From: Narcine bancroftii
Lineage: Eukaryota
Length of the DNA stretch: 64,000 nucleotides
Assembly: GCF_036971445.1 (NCBI RefSeq)
Contig: NC_091470.1
Span: 333,374,001-333,438,000 of the forward strand
Direction: 5' to 3'
The notes under the pieces were generated by a model. It searched no databases. It worked only from the letters and a program-made list of their open reading frames with translations, and was not told the DNA's origin. Made by a program: the position numbers and the translations under genes. Of the stretch, positions 25,382 through 37,882 are shown piece after piece. Position 1 is the first letter of the stretch. Every line of letters starts with the position of its first letter.

Positions 25382-28300
25382 TGTAATGGTATGTATTGTA
25401 TATGCTAATGAGCTCAGGCTGGCCCACCCCCTGATGACATTCTTACCTGGACTCCTCTCCTGGGACTCAGGCCATAAAGGTCAGGCCGCCTTTCCCTTCC
25501 CTGCACTTCCCTAGTTTAGATCTGGGCCAGCTCAAGCCTTCTGTGCAATAAAATCTATCGTTCCCCTCAAGTCTTTGTCATTGCAATTGTTGGGGCAACT
25601 GATAGTGCCCAACAATTTATTGCACAAAAATTTTAATGTCTCTGGTAATGGAGAAGTTGCTGCACCCCAATTGGCTAGAAGTGGATCCCCAAGTTCCAGG
25701 TGCATCGGAACTCTGAGCAGTGTGTCAATTCCTTTAACAACTTCCTGAAGGCCGCTGCTGGAGTGGTCGATTTGGACGAAAAGAGGCTGAAGTTCCTACA
25801 GGCAAGAGTTGGCCAGAGAGCTTTCCAGGCCATTAGAAGTTGCACAACCTACTCAGAGGTGATGGCTGAACTACGGACACTATACAAGCCCAAGATCAAC
25901 AAGGTCTACTCCTGTTACCTCCTGGCATCCAGAAAGCAGCAGCCTGGTGAGTCAGTTGAAGATTTCGTTCGAGCCCTGATCACACTGGGAAAAGACTGTT
26001 TTGGGAACCCCACTGTTTTGGTGCCAGGGGCCAAGTGCATGGAAGACCTGGTCTGGGACGCTTGCGTGTCAGGGTTGAGGTCGGATTATATCCGACAACG
26101 TCTCCTTGAGGCCGAACTGGCCTGTTCTGTGCTGTAAGTGGATATATGGATAAACTCCTGCTGAAATGGGCAATCCAACTGGCCAGAACCTTAGACTTGG
26201 CCCAGCGCCACGTGGAGTCGATCGCAGGCAGAAGCAGGCCTACCCAGTACGTGCCACCATGAGGGCTGCCATCCTGGGAGTTGGCTTCGGGGATGGCCGA
26301 CCAGACTGTGGCTGCAGTAGCACCGGGATTGTCGAAGTGCAACTTCGGTGAGCAGGCAAGACATCCACAATGTCTCTCTCTCCTGTGAAAGGAGCTACCT
26401 GCACGTGCTGTGGGAAAAAGGGCCACTACCAACGTGTCTGCAGGTCCAGAGCCCCATCTCAGAGCAGCATGGCGTGTATGGCTGAGGAGCTTCCGGTGCT
26501 GTCCGCGTGTGCAGTAAGGCGAGCGCCATTTTACCCACTCCCACTGCCATCCTCTGCGCAGCAACAGCCCTCACCAGCGACATCACTTCCACCCCCATTG
26601 ATGTCACTTCTGCCTTCTTCACCGGCGTTGGTAGCATGGTCAACATGGAGGCCACCATCTTGGGCATTGGGCCTCCCCACCGACGACAAAGACGACACAC
26701 CTATCTTGGCATCGATCACCTTGGACCAAGCTAGCCCTCACCCGATTACGAACTCCATGATGCAGATTGAGGTGAATGGGCACAAACCGAACGCCTCTTC
26801 GACAGTGGCAGTACTGAAAGTTTTATCCAACCCGAGGTGGCCCATACACTCTCGATCTCCATTTGGCCGATGACCGGGTCCGTGTTGATGGCAGTGGAAG
26901 ACCAGCGGACCGGGGGTACTGTGTAGCATCTCTGTTGGTGGGGGGGGAGGGGGGTGGGGGAGTGTTATAAGGACTTCTTATTGTTGGTCATGCCCCAGCT
27001 CTGCACGCTGATCCTCCTGGGCCTTGATTTCCAGAGTTAGTTCAGGAATGTGACGATGGCGTTTGGGGAGGCCCCAACTTCTGCTCACCATTTATAACCC
27101 ACTGCTTACGGACCACCCCCCCCCCCCAATTGAGCACCCAGCATTCGACACTGTCCTGCAGTCTCACCACCCTGCAGGTGGCCCCTCCATCACTATTTGC
27201 AAACCTCACCCCGGACTGTAAACCAATTGTCACCAAGAGCAGGAGCTACAGCACTGAGGATATGGCATTCATCCAGTCCGAGGTTCAGTGACTCTTGGTG
27301 CCCCTGGAGAGCACAGGTACTTGTGGTTAGAGGGGCAGGCAAGCCCCGGATGGTGATTGATTATAGCCAAACCATCAACCGCTTCATCCAGTTGGATGCA
27401 TAATCCCGGATAGCCAACTTGGTCAATAAGGTCGCACAATACAGAGTCTTCTCGACCATTGATCTCAAGTCAGCTTATCATCAACTCCCACTTCGCCCGA
27501 GTGACCGGCTCTATATGGGTTTTGAGGCTGATGGCAGACTTTTTACACTTCCTATGGGTGCCTTTTGGTGTTACTAACGGTGTCTCTGCTTTTCAGAGGG
27601 TCATGGATTGGATGTTGGAGGAGCACAAGCTGGCGGTGACGTTCCCGTATCACGACAATGTCACCATCTGTGGCCACAACCAACGGGACCATAACATGAA
27701 CCTCGCTAAGTTCTTGCGTACGGCCAAGTCTCTCAACTTGATGTACAATAAGGACAAGTGTGTGTTCAACACAGACCTTCTGGCCCTTCTCAGTTGTCCC
27801 GTGGCACATGGTGTCATAGCCCCGGACCCCGACCGCATGCGACCCCTTATGGAGCTCCCAGTCCCAAACACCCTAAAGTCCCTGAAAAGATGTCTGGGGC
27901 TGTTTTCCTATTATGCACAATGGGTGCCCAATTACGCTGATAAAGCCCTCCCCCTTTAAGTCCACAACTTTCCCGTTATCGGCGGAAGCCCAAGCTGCAT
28001 TCTTCCAGATCCGAGGAGACATCGCAAAGGCCATGATGCATGCCGTAGATGAGTTAATTCCATTTCAAGGTGGAGAGCAATGCCTCTGATTTCGCACTGG
28101 CCGCCACTCTTAACCAGGTAGGCAGGCCAGTAGCATTTTTCTCCCGCACCCTACACAGTCCTGAGGTGCGTCACTCCTTGGTCGAGAAGGAGGCCCAAGC
28201 GATCGTTGAGGCGTTGTGCCACTGGCGTCATTACCTGGCCGTTAAACATTTTACCTTGCTGACAGACCAGAGGGCCGTGGCCTTCATGTTTAATACTAAA

Positions 28301-29889
28301 CAGCGAGGTAAAATCAAGAACAACAAGATTCTTAGGTGGAGGATCGACATTTTGTACCAACCAAGTAAACTCAACGATCCCCCAGATGCCCTATCCTGGG
28401 GGACGTGCGGCAGTGTGCATCTTGACTGTCTCCAGACCCTCCATGACAGTTTGTGCCACCCCGGAGTCACAAGGTTATACCACTTCGTCAAGATTCGGAA
28501 CCTTCCGAACTCCGTTGAGGACTTCCGGTCCATGACCAGGTGCTGCCAGATCTGCGCTGAATGTAAGCCGCAGTTCTACCAGCCCATAAAGGCACACCTC
28601 ATCAAGGTCACATGCCCTTTTGAACAACTCAGTATCAATTTCAAGGGCCTCTACCCACTACAAATAGGAATGTCAACTTCGTGATGGTTGTGGATGAGTT
28701 CTCCAGGTTCCCCTTTGCTATTCCCTTCCTGGATATGACCTCGGCCAAGGTCATCAAGGCGCTGCACAGTATCTTCACCCTATTTGGGTACCCCGAGTAC
28801 ATCTGCGATCGTGGGACCTCGTTCGTGAGTGAGGAACTGCGACAGTACTTCCTGGCCAGAGGCATAACCACCAGCAGGACCTTCAGCTATAACCTCAGGG
28901 ATAATGGCCAAGTGGAAAGGGAGAACGCCACCATCTGGAAAGGAGTGCTCCTGGCCCTTAGGTCCAAAAACATGCTGGTATCCCGCTGGCAGGATGTCTT
29001 GCCCGAGGCGCTTCACGCCATCTGATCACTCCTGTGCACCACGACTAACACCACCCCGCATGAACGTTTGTTTGCTTTCCCAAGGAGATCGGTGAATGGT
29101 GCCTCCATTCCTCCTTGGCTGGCAACCCTAGGGCTGGACCTGCTACGGAGACACGCGAGGGGCCATAAGACGGATCCACTGGTGGAATCGGTACACCTCA
29201 TACATGCCAACCCTCAATATGCATTTGTGAGATACCCCAATGGCCACCCCACTGTGCCTATCTGAGACCTGGTCAGGGCCAGGGATCCCGAAACTGCCCT
29301 GCCTGGCACAGCCCATCCCACGGAGCAGACCACACCACACAGGAACGCAATACTGGAGGCTGAGCCACCCAGCTCTCCTCTAGGAGTCGGTCCCCTGGGA
29401 AGCATCAGATCCCCCTTCCTCCCAGGAGCCCTCAAGCATTCCCCTGGCCCTGACTGCTCCTTCCCCTGCCCTCCTAGGACTGCTTCCCCTCCTAAATAGC
29501 TGAGCTCAGACACGCCTGCCCTCCGGCGGTCCAGCAGAAGGAGAAAGTCACCTGTGCGGCTAAACCTCTAGCAATTTCTTTTTCTCCTCTCTCTCTTCCA
29601 TCCCTCTAGTTGTGTAAAAGGGAGTGGGGGGGTTTCTGTTTAAAAAGAGGGTGTGAATGTAATAGTATGGATTGTATATGCTAATTGGCTTGGGCTGGCC
29701 TGCCCCCTGATGACACTCTTACCTGGACTCCTTCCCTGGGATCCAGGCCATAAAGGTCGGACCAACTTTCCCTTCCCTGCACTTCCCTAGTTTGGATCCG
29801 GGCCAGCTCAAATCTTCTGTGTAATAAAGTCCATTGTTCCCCTCCGTTTTAGTCATTGCAATTATTGAGGCAACTGATAGTGTCCAACA
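25382..29889 (+). mobile_element. Gypsy LTR retrotransposon 2, complete with LTRs and TSD, coding regions decayed
   Basis: LTRs at 25382-25614 and 29658-29889 (TG...CA). 5-bp TSD aatgg. PPT at 29642-29657. gag with zinc knuckle (CTCCGKKGHYQRVC), RT (PFGVTNGVSAFQR, YHDN), RNase H (ASDFALAATL...EKEAQAIV), integrase (HPG..CQIC, VVDEFSRFPFA, DRG, NGQVER). Confidence 0.95.
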
Positions 29890-32800
29890 AATGGCATCGG
29901 TCAGAAGTGGAAAAACTTGTCTGGAAGCTAAAAATGTGAAAAACAGAAAAAAAGATGGAAACCCTCAGGAAGATCCTAAAGAAACTCCGTAAACAGTGGA
30001 AATAGTTACTGAACTTTTCGAGAAGATGTATTTTAAACTGGATGAAAGATTGTTAAGTCGAGAATCTATGCTTAAAGGTTTTGAAAGCAAACTAGGTTCC
30101 CTGAATTTGAACTTAGAGACTCATAATGAACTGATCTTTACTCTGGAGCAGGTTGCAGTCAAGTGTGATCAAATGTTAGATTCTTTGGAACAGACTTTAA
30201 CTTCCACTACCACAGCAACTTGACAAGTTTAAAAAGAAAGTGACTGATTTGGAAGGTCACAGTCACAGAGTGAATGTATGTTTTATTGGTATCCCTGAAG
30301 ATACAGAATCTGGTATCTTAATTAAATTCTTTTCAAATTATTTGTTTGAGTTATTTGGGGAGTTGTACTACAGAATCCTCCTATCTTGGAAAGGGTGCAT
30401 CAGGCATTAAGAATGAAACATTCCCCAGAGTTAAAGCCATGACCAGTGATTCTGAGTCTGCATTGCTTTCAGACCAAGAAAATTATAATTCGTGAAGCAG
30501 AATAAAAGAAGAAACTTAAATACAAGGAATTTGAATTCCATATTGTGGAGGATATCTGCCCTGAAATTCTTACTGAGAGTGCATAGTATAAACCAGTGAT
30601 GGCTGAACTGTATAAATAAGAGTTTCACCCTCCCTATTGTTTCCTGCACGGTTAAGAATTACGCCAGAATATGTCCTCGTAAATGGTTTCGTTCAGTGGA
30701 TGGTGCTTGGAAATTCTTGGATCAGCAGCCTTCTACTTTACAATTAATATGAAATAGTTTAATTTGACTGTGGGTGTTTTATCTCTGATGGATTTATTGG
30801 TGTCCTGAGAGGAACATCCTGTTACGTTTGGATGATGTGGACTGGTTAATTTGATTTAAAGCATTTTCTCTTGGTCACTCTATAATTTGGTTGTTTTAAT
30901 AATTGCATTTTTTCTTGAGGGTATCCTATTGTTTTTCAGCTCTATGTTACTTTTCAAGTTAAAATGAACAATGTATGTTAACTGGTTCTGTTTGACCTTG
31001 TGGTTTTCAGACAGACGTCTTTTTGGTTTGTCATTTGATGTTGGATAATTCCTGCTTATTTTGACTACATTATATTAGGGAATTGATTTTTTTTTGTATT
31101 CTGGAGCTTAGCCAGTGAGAAGCAATGGGGGTTGGGGCGTTAGTTAGCTTACTATCCTTCTATAGGATAGTTTTTGGATCTTGGGGGGGAGAGGGGAGGG
31201 ATATATAGATTAGGTTTTTCTCTGGACTGCCTTGGAATTCTAACCTTATCAGTTTAACTGCATTGTTCCTGTTTTTTTCCATGGTCTCCCAACCTCCCTT
31301 TGGATGTGGCTTTCTCTTGCTCAATATACATTGTTCTGTTTAGACTTGTGCTGTATTCAGGCATGATGGATAACAAGGTTTTTAATCCTGTATAATAGAC
31401 TTTGAATGGCCTAAACCATCTAATTAAACAATTTTTTAAAATGTGTGTAGAAGGCTTCAGGCTAACATTACATTTGCACAGGAGATGCATATTTGAGGAG
31501 AGGGTAGTCAGCTTTTTATTAAATTTTGGAAGAGCTAGCAATTTCATTCTTAATCCCAAGATAAAATTAAAGGAATTTTAATTTTTATTGATTCTTTTAC
31601 TCCATTTATACATTTTGATACTTTGCAAACTCCAGTGGTAGATTTCTAATTATATCCAATTCCCTATGTAAAAAGGTAATGTGGGTGAACATTTAATGCT
31701 TCTAATTTTGACACCCAGCATTTTTTAAATGTATGTTTTCATTACTGCCAAATTTGAATGAGTATATGTTGCTTATGGGGGGTGGGGGGAGGGGGGGGAA
31801 ACTTTATGTGCTATCTCAGTCCTTTGATAGATCAGCCTCCAATCAGATACTCCCAAATAAATTGGCTACTTTTATTAATTATTTTTTCTGGGACTCAGGC
31901 TTCTGGATATTTGGAGGTTTTTGCATCCAGATGATAAAGAATTTTCATTTTTTCTCATGTTCACCATATATATTCTAATATAGACTATTTCTTTATTGAT
32001 TCTTGGCTAGCACTGTCTGTTACTGCATGTGATTATGAAGCAATTGTAATATCTGATTATGTACCATTGAAGCTTTCATTTAAACTAGCTATGTAGGTTC
32101 CTGTTCCAGGCAATGGCGATTTAATTCTACTTTGTTAAAGTTCATTAACTTTATTAAAGAACAGATAGCTTTCTTTTTTGCAATGAATTCAGGGAAAGAA
32201 TGTCTAGCTTAATATTATGGGATACTTTTAAGGTCTATCTTCAAGATCAAATTATTTAATATTCAGTAGGGCTGAGAAAGTGAACGAATGAGGAAAGAAT
32301 ATTGTTAGTTAATAAGATTGAAGAAATTGATAGATTACACTCAGTCGCTCCTAATTCTAACCTTTATAAAGACAGAGTGGAATTCCAAATGCACCATGAT
32401 TTGCTTTTAACTTGCGTGAAAGCCATCTTTTAAAATCCAAAAGCATGGGGGAAAATCTGGTAAGTCAATTGAAAGCTGCCATTGTTAAAAGACAGATTAA
32501 GAAGATTTGTAAGAAAGATGGGAGTGTGACTTTTGATCATAATGAAATAAATAAGACATTCCATGAGTTTTATTCCAATTTATATAAATCTGATTTTCCA
32601 GAGAATTCAAGTTCACTGGATAATTTCCTGGGTCAATTAAATGTTCCTAAATTCTCCCAGCATGATTATGTATCATTACTTCTCTCTAGTTGGATAAGCA
32701 CCTTGTCCAGATAGATACACGGTTAAGTTTTTCAAATCATTTGCTAACCTACTTGTTCCTTAGTTATGTAAAGTGTTTAAGGACTCCACCGTGCCTCATT

Positions 32801-33956
32801 TTTTTTTTTACAAGGTATCAATTTCTTTAATTCTAAAAAGAATAAAGAATCTACTGATTGTGCTTCTTATAGACCAATATTATTATTAAATGTTGATTCA
32901 AAATTCTTTTCAAAAACTAGCTAGTAGGTTGGATAAGGTTCTTCCCTGTATTATTTCTAATGATCATTAAAAATCATTATTCATATTCAAATATTTGCAG
33001 ATTAATATAATGTATTCTCCCTCAGCTAGGATTCTGATGTGTCATTTCATTGGATACTGAGAAGGCATTTGACAGGGTGGAATGGCCTTGAGGTTTTATA
33101 GAAATTTAATTTTGGCCCTGATTTTATTTCTATCATACTCATTCTGTATTTGTTTTTACTAACAATCAAAGGTCTTTCCTGTTTAGGCTCCAATACGGAA
33201 CTAGACAGGGCTGTCCTCTTAGTCCTTTACTGTTTGATTTAGCTTTGGAACCCTTAGCAGATGCGATTCAAGATTCTAATGATACTTGTGGTAATTACTG
33301 GGGGGTTAAAATTCATTAAATATCTTTATATGTGGATGGTTTGTTGTTATATGTTTCAGACCCAGAGAAATCTATTCCTTCTATTTTACCTTTGCTGTCA
33401 CAATTTAGTTTTTTTTCCTGGCCATGAATTAAATCTTAACAAGAGTAAATTACTTCCCCTGAATATTCAGGTACCTGTTTATGAGCATATACCATTTAAG
33501 GTTGTTAAGGATTATTTTACCTATCTAGATGTTAAAATTCCTAAAAATTTGAAGATTTATATAAACTAAATTTCTTTCCTTTGATTGATGATGTGAAACA
33601 ATCCCTCTCAGTATGGTCGCCTTTATCATTATCATTAGTAGGTTATATCAATGCAATCAAGATTATGATTTTACTTAAATTTTTGTATTTATTACAAGCC
33701 ATTCCAGTTTTTATTCTGAAATTTTTATTTTGATATTATTGATTCCAAGATATCTTCCTATATTTGGCAGAATAAAAATGCAAGGTTAAATAAAGCACAA
33801 ATACAGAAGTTGAAAAAGGATGGGGTCTTGGTTCACCTAACTTTAGATTTTAATATTTGGCAATTAATATTAGATATGTCATATTCTGGATTTTTTTTAT
33901 TTTGATATATTTGAATGTGTGTCATGGATAAATCTGGAATTGAAATTGGTTCAGAA

Positions 33957-34441
33957 TTTTTTTTAAATTTTTTTTAAATTTTTCGCACTATGAACCATGC
34001 TAACCAAAATTCACACAAACATTTCCTTCTTGAATATACACAGTGTCATTTTCTCCCCTTTTCCCCCCTCCCTTCCCTCCCTCCTTCACCCTCCCCACCC
34101 ACTCAAATTTCAATCTATATGATACATTAAACCCATTAAACAGTATCATCACACAATGAAAATAAACATGAAATTTGTGTCTTCTACTTTTACATTCTGG
34201 GTCAGTTCATTTTGTCTTCTCCTTCTGTAAAAAAGATTTATTATGATAGTCTTAGCTGTAGCAAAAAAATGTATTATGTCAACCTGGAAATTAGAAGATA
34301 GCCTGAGAATACAGCAATGGTACATAGAAATGAATAAATGTATTCCATTGGAAAAAATAACATATAATTGAAGAAATAACATCACAGTATTCGAACAAAT
34401 TTGGGAACCGTACATGGAACACAACAGAGAAGCCCTACCGC
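33957..34441 (-). mobile_element. 5'-inverted (twin-primed) L1 3' fragment of the same family as 18534-19508
   Basis: TSD ggttcagaa at 33948-33956 and 34442-34450. Segment 33957-34227 is colinear with about 18534-18812. Segment 34229-34441 is the reverse complement of about 18835-19048. Confidence 0.85.
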
Positions 34442-34769
34442 GGTTCAGAAATTTTTGATAGTTTCTATATTGAGAGCTGCTCTTCCTTTTGTACTTACCA
34501 AGTTTAGTAAATTGATAATCAATCCTATACCCAAACACATATTATGGATATGGTTTCAGTTCTGGAGGTTCTTTGATTTAAAAAAAATAACTCTATCTGG
34601 TTTTATTCTATCTAATTATTTTTTTCAACCATCCGTGAATGACCAAGCTTTATCTTTTTGTAAGGCTAAGGGTATTCTTTGTTTTTGGGATTTGTTAATG
34701 GAATAATATCTTATATCCTTTAAGCAACTTTCAAACAAGTATGGTCTGTTTAATTTGCATCTGTTTAAT

Positions 34770-35008
34770 GTGACAGAGTATATAGATATGTTTTTGGGAG
34801 ATAAATTGGGAAAGGTTTGTTAGAGTAGGTCACATACAAACACTTTAAAACAGACCTTATTTGAAATACTGGAACTCTGCTAATGCTAGACATATTGGGG
34901 CCTCACAGCTTTTGTAAGAGCTTTGAAGAGTGTTTAAGACACTTCATTAATGGATTGTTGTTTACAAAAGGCAACAGATGAAGGAGTTCATTGGAGCTGC
35001 AAAAGTCC
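34770..35008 (+). mobile_element. LTR 5' fragment related to the element at 56415
   Basis: Begins TGTGAC and shares ggagataaattg...gtaggtcaca...acaaacactt.aaaacaga.cttattt.aaatac with 56415-56660. Confidence 0.6.
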
Positions 35009-36809
35009 AATGGTTAATACCTCATCAATGTGTGCTCAACACTCCCTTATTCAATTTAAGGTAGTACATAGGGTGCACATGTCCAAGGACAAGCTTGCCT
35101 GTTTTTTTTTAATTTCAATCCATTCTGCAATGGGTGTAATTCACAAGTGGCTTCATTGACCTATATGTTTTGGTCCTGTCCAGTTTTGGAAAGATATTTT
35201 TGGTCTTCTTTCAGTAATTCTTGCAATTGATTTACAGCCAAATCCCTTTGGCTGCTCCTTTTTGGAGCAGATATAGGTCACTCTCTGCTTCTGCTCATCA
35301 GATGATAGTTTTCACTACCCCTAATGGCTAGGAGAACAATTCTTTTTAGAAGAAAGGACCCCACTCCACCTACTATAGTCCAATGGTTTTCTCAAGCCAT
35401 GGCCTGTTTGAATTTAGAAAAAATTATGTGCCACTTTTGATTCTTCTATTAAATTTGAAGAAACTTGGCACCCATTCATACAATATTTCTGCATGATATA
35501 AGTTCTAATGTTTTTCTTTTGGAGTCGTTGTCCTTTCCTGATGCCATCAAATTTCTCTTGTGGGTGAGGACCAGGCTTCTTATGTCTGATGAATGCTGTT
35601 CCAAGGCTTTCCAGTTGTTTTTGTTTTTCAAACTTAATTTTATTAATTAGTATGGGGGGGGAATTTTAGTATAATGTCAATTCTTTTTTTTTCTTTGTAT
35701 GGGGAAATGAAGACTATTATTTTTAATTGGATGTTGTATGTTATAATCTTGTCAACATATATCCTTATTTTCTCCATGCATTGTCTATTGTATGTTGCAT
35801 ATTATATTAAAATTGAATAAAAAAATTAAAGAAGAAAGAAAGAGTCCCTGTTTGTAGTGTGTGAGCAGGTTGAGTATAGGCTTATTCGTTGTTGGAGTCC
35901 AACCGAAGTCTGAGATGAACGTCTATATCATCGCTTAAGTGAAATAGTGATCGAGTACCATTTAACATTCTCCCGTTTGTTTCTCACGTGTTAATAAAAA
36001 TTACGTGTGATTGTAACACTTGTGTCCAGATTAATCTCCCTGTTAATCCACCAAACCTGATACTCTTCTCAACACGACAGATGTTAAACAAGGTGAAATT
36101 GAGAGTAGGGAGAGGATGGAAGGACCATATGGATGCACATCAGTGTATTAAACAAAATATAGAATTTGTTAAATGGTGAGGGACTCAGTGGTGTTAATAA
36201 TCAAAAGGGAGTTAAACATTGGCAGAAAATATGCAGTGAATGACAGGTGTGTGGGAAGTGTAGAAGAGAGACTGAGGAGTACATTCATTGTTCCCTCAAA
36301 GTGACAACACAGGTAGACAAGGTAGTGAAAAGGACACTTGACATGAATGCTTGGAACTCATTGATCTTTCTATTAATTTTAATGTAAATTGTAGTGTTTA
36401 AGTGGGTGTTATGAATGTTAGAGCAAACCAGTTAGACTGCTTGCAGAAGAAACATTCTAACTAAATTAGGGATGTGATGAATAAACTTGGGTTAATCAAA
36501 AGATACATTGAATATGAGTTGGAGTAGGGAACACAGAACAATGCCCAGCTCAATGCCATTTGGTCTCAGATGTTTCTGGTGACCATGATGCCAATTTATA
36601 CTAATTCCATATATCTGCACTTGGTTGATATCACTCCATCCCCGGCTTGTTCATGTGCCTGTCTAAATGCCTCTCAAATTTTGTTAACATATCTACTTCC
36701 ACTACCCACCATTGTCAGCACATTCTCTGTTTTAAAAAAAAATCTTGCCTCGCAAATCTCCTTTTGCTTTCATATTGTAATATTTCAACATACATAACAT
36801 TGAGTAGCT

Positions 36810-37080
36810 GGGGCTGTACAGTGAGCGGAGTGGTCAGTCCAACACTATTACAACATCAGCCACCCAGATTCAAATCTGGCACTGTCTGCAAGGAGTTTGT
36901 ACATCCTCTCTGTGTCCACATGGATTTGCTCTAAATACTCTGGTTTTCTCCTACATTCCAAAGATATATGGAGTTAATAGATTCATTAGTCACCTGGGTG
37001 CATTTGGGTGGCAGGGATTCATGGGCTGGAAGGGCCTGTTACTGTGCTGTATATCTAAATTAAAAATTATTAAAATTAAA
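36810..37080 (+). mobile_element. tRNA-derived SINE
   Basis: A/B-box head, ggagtttgtacat core and (aaatt)n tail. Confidence 0.65.
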
Positions 37081-37647
37081 ATATTGGTTCCTCTATCTCC
37101 CACAACAAAGGGAAGCTGAAAGAATAATAGTCTAACTCCATCTCAGTGACTATTCCTTTCTTTTACCAGGACTTCATCTATATTGCCTCACCAGTCAGAT
37201 GCCCTCTCTAAGTACAAATGCAACATCCTCTGATTAGTCATGCAACTCCCCCACCTCTTTTGGATTCCTGCTTCACCATTCACCTTGATTTCCTCAATTT
37301 CCAGAACTGCACACAATGTTTCTGGTACGGTCTGGAAGTTAAGGGAATCAAGGATAGAAAAGATCAGCTATAATTTAGGTGAATAGTGAAGCAGACTTGA
37401 GGGGATCAGAAAATGTACTCCTGCTGCTATTTCATACCTTAATATTCTTTTGTTATGTTCAGTGCAAAATAAAGTTGCCTCCATACAGTGCGACCAGAGG
37501 TACCAACTCTAGTTTAATCTTTTAGCCACAATTTCTATAAAAAAAATGTTGCATCATTAAGTGAACTTCCACTGTGTTAAAATGTAAACAGGATATTCTG
37601 CTGCATCACCAACAATATCTTATTTTTAATTCAAATGCTTGCAAACG

Positions 37648-37882
37648 GAAGCAATTCTGAAAGGAAGTATGCCCTCCGTGAGTGCTGTTCTTAACAATAC
37701 TGATGCTAGGTTAAAAAAAAACTTTAATTATTTTTGAGAAAAGCAGGAGAAATATGGGTAATATTTTGGAAAATTCCGGTGTGCATTTCAAGGATACTCA
37801 TTCATATGTCTGGGGAAGCAGTTCTCAGGTATTGCTGAGAGCACAGGAAGTTAGGCTTACATTGCTTCTATCCAGCCTCTAA
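37648..37882 (+). pseudogene. Possible frameshifted C-terminal remnant of the RBM43-like gene
   Basis: The frame 37715-37882 reads KKTLIIFEKSRRNMGNILENSGVHFKDTHSYVWGSSSQVLLRAQEVRL...*. This resembles the recalled RBM43 C-terminus (LRKETFILE...THIDIIGSSSD). It needs a frameshift in the A-run at 37713-37721. Confidence 0.35.

Larger units (their letters stand above)
25231..35839 (+). mobile_element. Near full-length degenerate L1-clade LINE (ORF1 about 29950-30750, ORF2 about 31370-35500), interrupted by later insertions
   Basis: TSD aagagtccc at 25222-25230 and 35840-35848. Coiled-coil ORF1. RT motifs (YRPILLLNVD, EKAFDRVEW, GTRQGCPLSPLLF). A-rich tail with AATAAA at about 35816. Confidence 0.85.
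24861..36074 (+). mobile_element. Solo LTR split by an L1 insertion (halves 24861-25230 and 35849-36074)
   Basis: Termini TGTTG...CAACA. TATAAAA at about 25033 in the left half and AATAAA at about 35994 in the right half. The halves join through the duplicated aagagtccc. Confidence 0.7.
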
